10,015 bases of DNA, taken from assembly GCA_964236955.1 (NCBI GenBank), contig CAXSGP010000138.1, forward strand, positions 1 through 10,015, in the 5' to 3' direction. A program made the position numbers and the translations under genes. The notes beneath the pieces were generated by a model. That model was not told the origin of the DNA. It saw nothing but the letters and a program-made list of their open reading frames with translations, and did not search any database. Position 1 is the stretch's first letter. Every line of letters begins with the position of its first letter. Source of the stretch: an uncultured Oligoflexus sp. (lineage in GTDB: Bacteria > Bdellovibrionota_B > Oligoflexia > Oligoflexales > Oligoflexaceae). Of this stretch, positions 7,056-10,015 are shown one piece after another.

Positions 7056-7457
7056 TCATTCGGGGCTAATCGCTTCCAGCGTAATCATGCGGGTCGGATC
7101 ATCGAGTGAGCGCAGCAGAAGGCTTTCCGTTTTGAAATCATAGTGGTCGGCTGAAAGCTTCTCACCGTTGAACAGCATGGGTTTTCTGCTGGTCATGGAT
7201 TCAGAAACCACATCCAGTAGCCGGGATTTTTCCAGCGCAAGATGGTCTTTACCGATAGCGCGTATTTCCGATAAATCTATGGTGTCTTCACCGATAACAA
7301 AACCAGAGCCACTACTTTCGTCGCCAGAAAACAGAAGAGATTCGTTCTTATCAAGGAGGGTGTTTAGATTTTGTTTACCAGGAGTTCCGCCGGTTGCACC
7401 ACCAGCAAAAGCTTGATAGGAAAACATCAGTGAAAAAATAACTGTTAATATTCTCAT
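7056..7457 (-). CDS. Hypothetical secreted protein
   Basis: 133 aa. Signal peptide MRILTVIFSLMFSYQAFA followed by a Gly-rich GGATGGTPG. ATGA overlap with the upstream gene and a GAGGA RBS. Confidence 0.8.
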   Translation of the reverse strand: MRILTVIFSLMFSYQAFAGGATGGTPGKQNLNTLLDKNESLLFSGDESSGSGFVIGEDTIDLSEIRAIGKDHLALEKSRLLDVVSESMTSRKPMLFNGEKLSADHYDFKTESLLLRSLDDPTRMITLEAISPE

Positions 7458-8200
7458 TTCTCATTCCTCTTTAAAACTCTTGTGGTAACAAAAGATGAAG
7501 CCATAACAACGCCTCCGTTAGACTTTCTAGCAATTTTTTCACACTCGGAATATACAGAGTAAACCTTTGCCTTGATTGTCTCGAAGTCAGTCTCAGTTAC
7601 GTTATACACCATGAATAGCTTCTGGGCGTCTTCGTGCTGCATTGCAACATCTGAGATATATCCGGTGGCTCTTGAGTACACATCCTTGTTCTCAATAACA
7701 ATGCTCGACTGGGTTACAGAAGGAATATAATCGCCATTAGATCTTTCAACTAAAAGCTTTTGCTCTATCATCGTTTCCATTTCAAAAACACCATGAGCGC
7801 CGCAAAGCTTCTCAATCCTATCTTTGCTGACCCCAATAGTAAGAGCTAACATATATGTCCAGAAACGCTCACGGTTTATGAGTTGAGCAGAAGCGACGTT
7901 GGAATCGCTAGCACTATCAGATTCCCCATGTATTTCGGAGATTTTTTTGACAAAGCTTAGAAATCCGTCATGACCGTCTACGACATCCAATGCTTCTACT
8001 GGGCTTGCGATAACGTTCAGAAGGCAAAGTGCCGTCTCAAGTTCTGGCAAGTTTTCCTTTTGAAGCACTCGCCGTATCGTCTGACTATTTACGCCTGAAA
8101 TTCTTGCTAACATTCCTGGATTGCGGTTGCTGCCGCCGCTTTCTAGCCATCGTTCCATCAACGACACTAGTTTGTCGAGCTTGCTTTTGTCGAGCCGCAT
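7454..8200 (-). CDS. HTH-domain protein, putative transcriptional regulator
   Basis: 248 aa with an XRE-like HTH (MLARISGVNSQTIRRVLQKENLPELETALCLL) and a possible central winged-helix-like segment. AAGGA RBS upstream. Confidence 0.75.
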   Translation of the reverse strand: MRLDKSKLDKLVSLMERWLESGGSNRNPGMLARISGVNSQTIRRVLQKENLPELETALCLLNVIASPVEALDVVDGHDGFLSFVKKISEIHGESDSASDSNVASAQLINRERFWTYMLALTIGVSKDRIEKLCGAHGVFEMETMIEQKLLVERSNGDYIPSVTQSSIVIENKDVYSRATGYISDVAMQHEDAQKLFMVYNVTETDFETIKAKVYSVYSECEKIARKSNGGVVMASSFVTTRVLKRNEK

Positions 8201-8618
8201 AGATGCCGTTCCTTACAACGTGTTGATTCACCGTTACATCATGTTGATGCTAAAACATAGGGGTTAGCGAATTTTCGTGTGGACTTCAACAAATCTTCTC
8301 CACTATGTTACCACCACAGAAGCACATGAGCAGGATAATCTGCAGATAAGCTAAATATTTTATATATTTAGGACTTTTATAAGCCTTTATCTTTTTACTA
8401 TATTTTTACATTTTGAATGTCGTACTGACGACCGGCATTTGAATATCAGCTTGGATAGCAGCAGTATTGCTACAGGGATGAGGATGCGTCTTATTGACGC
8501 TTCTCATGCCCGATAGTCGCCCACTGGGGGTCTCTGACCTTTGTTTGGAATCTATAGTTAGAGCAGCAAGGGATTGGCTCGAAGCTGATAGCATATTAAT
8601 AAATTTGGAGCATCGAGT

Positions 8619-9236
8619 ATGAAACGATTTTTTTTCTCACTAATTGCAGTCCTAAGTCTTTCACAGTCTGCATTTGCTAATTGTTGGATGCAGTGCATAG
8701 CTACTGTCCCTTTAACTGGTAAGTGCATTACTAAGGTCAAAATGTGCAACATCACTGATGCAGATAAAGCTCTTGAATCGCTAGGTCATGATTTTGGTGC
8801 TGCATACGAAAACATTCGTAACGAGTGGGTGATTCTGTATGGCCGTCTTCCAGAAGAAGTGCAGACGATCCTCGATAAGTACCCATTGACTATGGCCACA
8901 TTGATTATTCCAGGAACACGTGAGTACACCTTGTTCACATTGACACTGGAACAGTTCGTCGGAAAAGCCAAAGGGCGAGCCCATGACGTTCATATCGCGT
9001 CACAAGGAGCACCTGATTGGAAAAAGAAGCAATTGAACGATGGATATGGCTTCCTTTTCTTCTTAGAAGGAGTAGACCTGACGAATTATGACTATGCAGC
9101 AGCAGATGCAGCCCCGATCCCCGACAAATACGACGCAGTCTGGGATGCGTTCCTGGCCTGTGAGGCCAGTGCAATTGATCTGAACGTGGGTCTCAAGTGT
9201 CTCAAGACTCTCAAAGCAAATGCATCCGTACTGTGA
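8619..9236 (+). CDS. Hypothetical secreted protein
   Basis: 205 aa. Signal peptide MKRFFFSLIAVLSLSQSAFA, four N-terminal and two C-terminal Cys residues, GGAG RBS. Confidence 0.82.
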   Translation: MKRFFFSLIAVLSLSQSAFANCWMQCIATVPLTGKCITKVKMCNITDADKALESLGHDFGAAYENIRNEWVILYGRLPEEVQTILDKYPLTMATLIIPGTREYTLFTLTLEQFVGKAKGRAHDVHIASQGAPDWKKKQLNDGYGFLFFLEGVDLTNYDYAAADAAPIPDKYDAVWDAFLACEASAIDLNVGLKCLKTLKANASVL

Positions 9237-9253
9237 AACGAAATGAGGTAACT

Positions 9254-9787
9254 ATGAAACGCATTATTTTTGGATTGGTTCTACTTGCAACAGCTTGTAA
9301 CAACGACAAGGATGAAAAAAAATCCGACGTCGTTACAGTCAATGCTCTTTCCTTAGAAGGATTTGAAGGTACGTCTGTTCAAAGCGGATGTGATTTCTCA
9401 ACTTCATTTGTTTCCTGGTTTGTAGAAAAATATGCTTCAGATATCAAAGTAATCGATGGTCAGTGTGCAGATTCAAACTCAGAAAACTTGCCGGAAGACT
9501 TCGCCATGATGAAAGATAAGTGCAAGAATATCTGCTCTGTCTATGTCTTCAATCTCCAAGGCAAAGACAGTCAACAGCACAAATACTATAGCATCGTGAC
9601 GAAAACCGTAGAAGGCCAGAGATTTGGGTTACTTTCGCAGTTTCAAGCTGAAAATTACGCGCTTTACTTAACAGAAGGGACGTATAACGGCGCTGAATAC
9701 CGCGATAACCTTTCTAAATCTCCATCTGAAAACTTACCACTCATCACTCTAACCTTTGAAAAAGCCGTTCACGTTCCCGTCCACTGA
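9254..9787 (+). CDS. Hypothetical lipoprotein
   Basis: The likely true start is the ATG at 9254 (GAGGT RBS at 9245-9249), giving 177 aa. It begins MKRIIFGLVLLATAC, a lipobox-like signal. Confidence 0.8.
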   Translation: MKRIIFGLVLLATACNNDKDEKKSDVVTVNALSLEGFEGTSVQSGCDFSTSFVSWFVEKYASDIKVIDGQCADSNSENLPEDFAMMKDKCKNICSVYVFNLQGKDSQQHKYYSIVTKTVEGQRFGLLSQFQAENYALYLTEGTYNGAEYRDNLSKSPSENLPLITLTFEKAVHVPVH

Positions 9788-9793
9788 GGGGAT

Positions 9794-9997
9794 CTACCGT
9801 CCTTTAATCCAGCAGCTGAGGGATTCACCGATCCGGCTTCCCCCGGATAGGTGGGCTCTCAGCTCTGCCTCCAATTTGCGAATTTCACCCTGTGCTTCCT
9901 TCAAATCCACCCCCACTTCCCGCAGCTCCCCTGATCTGTCCGAAAGCTCCAAGCGGAGGCGTGTTAAGTGGCACTCTATCCTGAACCCCAGACCTAG
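9794..9997 (-). pseudogene. Possible coiled-coil gene remnant
   Basis: 67 open codons with no ATG, including LTRLRLELSDRSGELREVGVDLKEAQGEIRKLEAELRAHL (heptad-like). The stop is convergent with the lipoprotein stop. Confidence 0.35.
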
Positions 9998-10015
9998 TTA
10001 TTTTGCACGCTAAGC

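Noticed and set aside
9197..9253. Longer N-terminus of the lipoprotein ORF
   Set aside because: It overlaps the upstream gene. The ATG at 9254 has an RBS and gives a proper lipoprotein signal.
9756..10013. 85-aa plus-strand ORF
   Set aside because: Ser/Pro/Arg-rich, overlaps the lipoprotein end, and looks like an antisense shadow.

Overview
Bacterial window. The gene style suggests Oligoflexia/Bdellovibrionota, but this is inference only. The left part (1-4300) looks like core genome: a B12-binding radical SAM gene and two exported or membrane hypothetical genes. The middle is an AT-richer accessory island with an HNH nuclease, a higB-higA toxin-antitoxin pair and a 78-aa orphan gene. It is bracketed by two unannotated, homologous ~265-bp elements (4460-4724 and 6624-6890). 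Each element has 39-bp terminal inverted repeats whose substitutions co-vary within the element, plus collinear conserved internal blocks. The 78-aa gene is flanked on both sides by pairs of an 18-bp TGGAT-N8-ATCCA-type palindrome, one inside a perfect 26-bp palindrome. Truncated gene remnants abut element 2 on both sides, one resembling a relaxase C-terminal tail. The right part holds an HTH protein coupled to a small secreted protein, a divergent secreted protein plus lipoprotein pair, and a start-less coiled-coil remnant at the window end.
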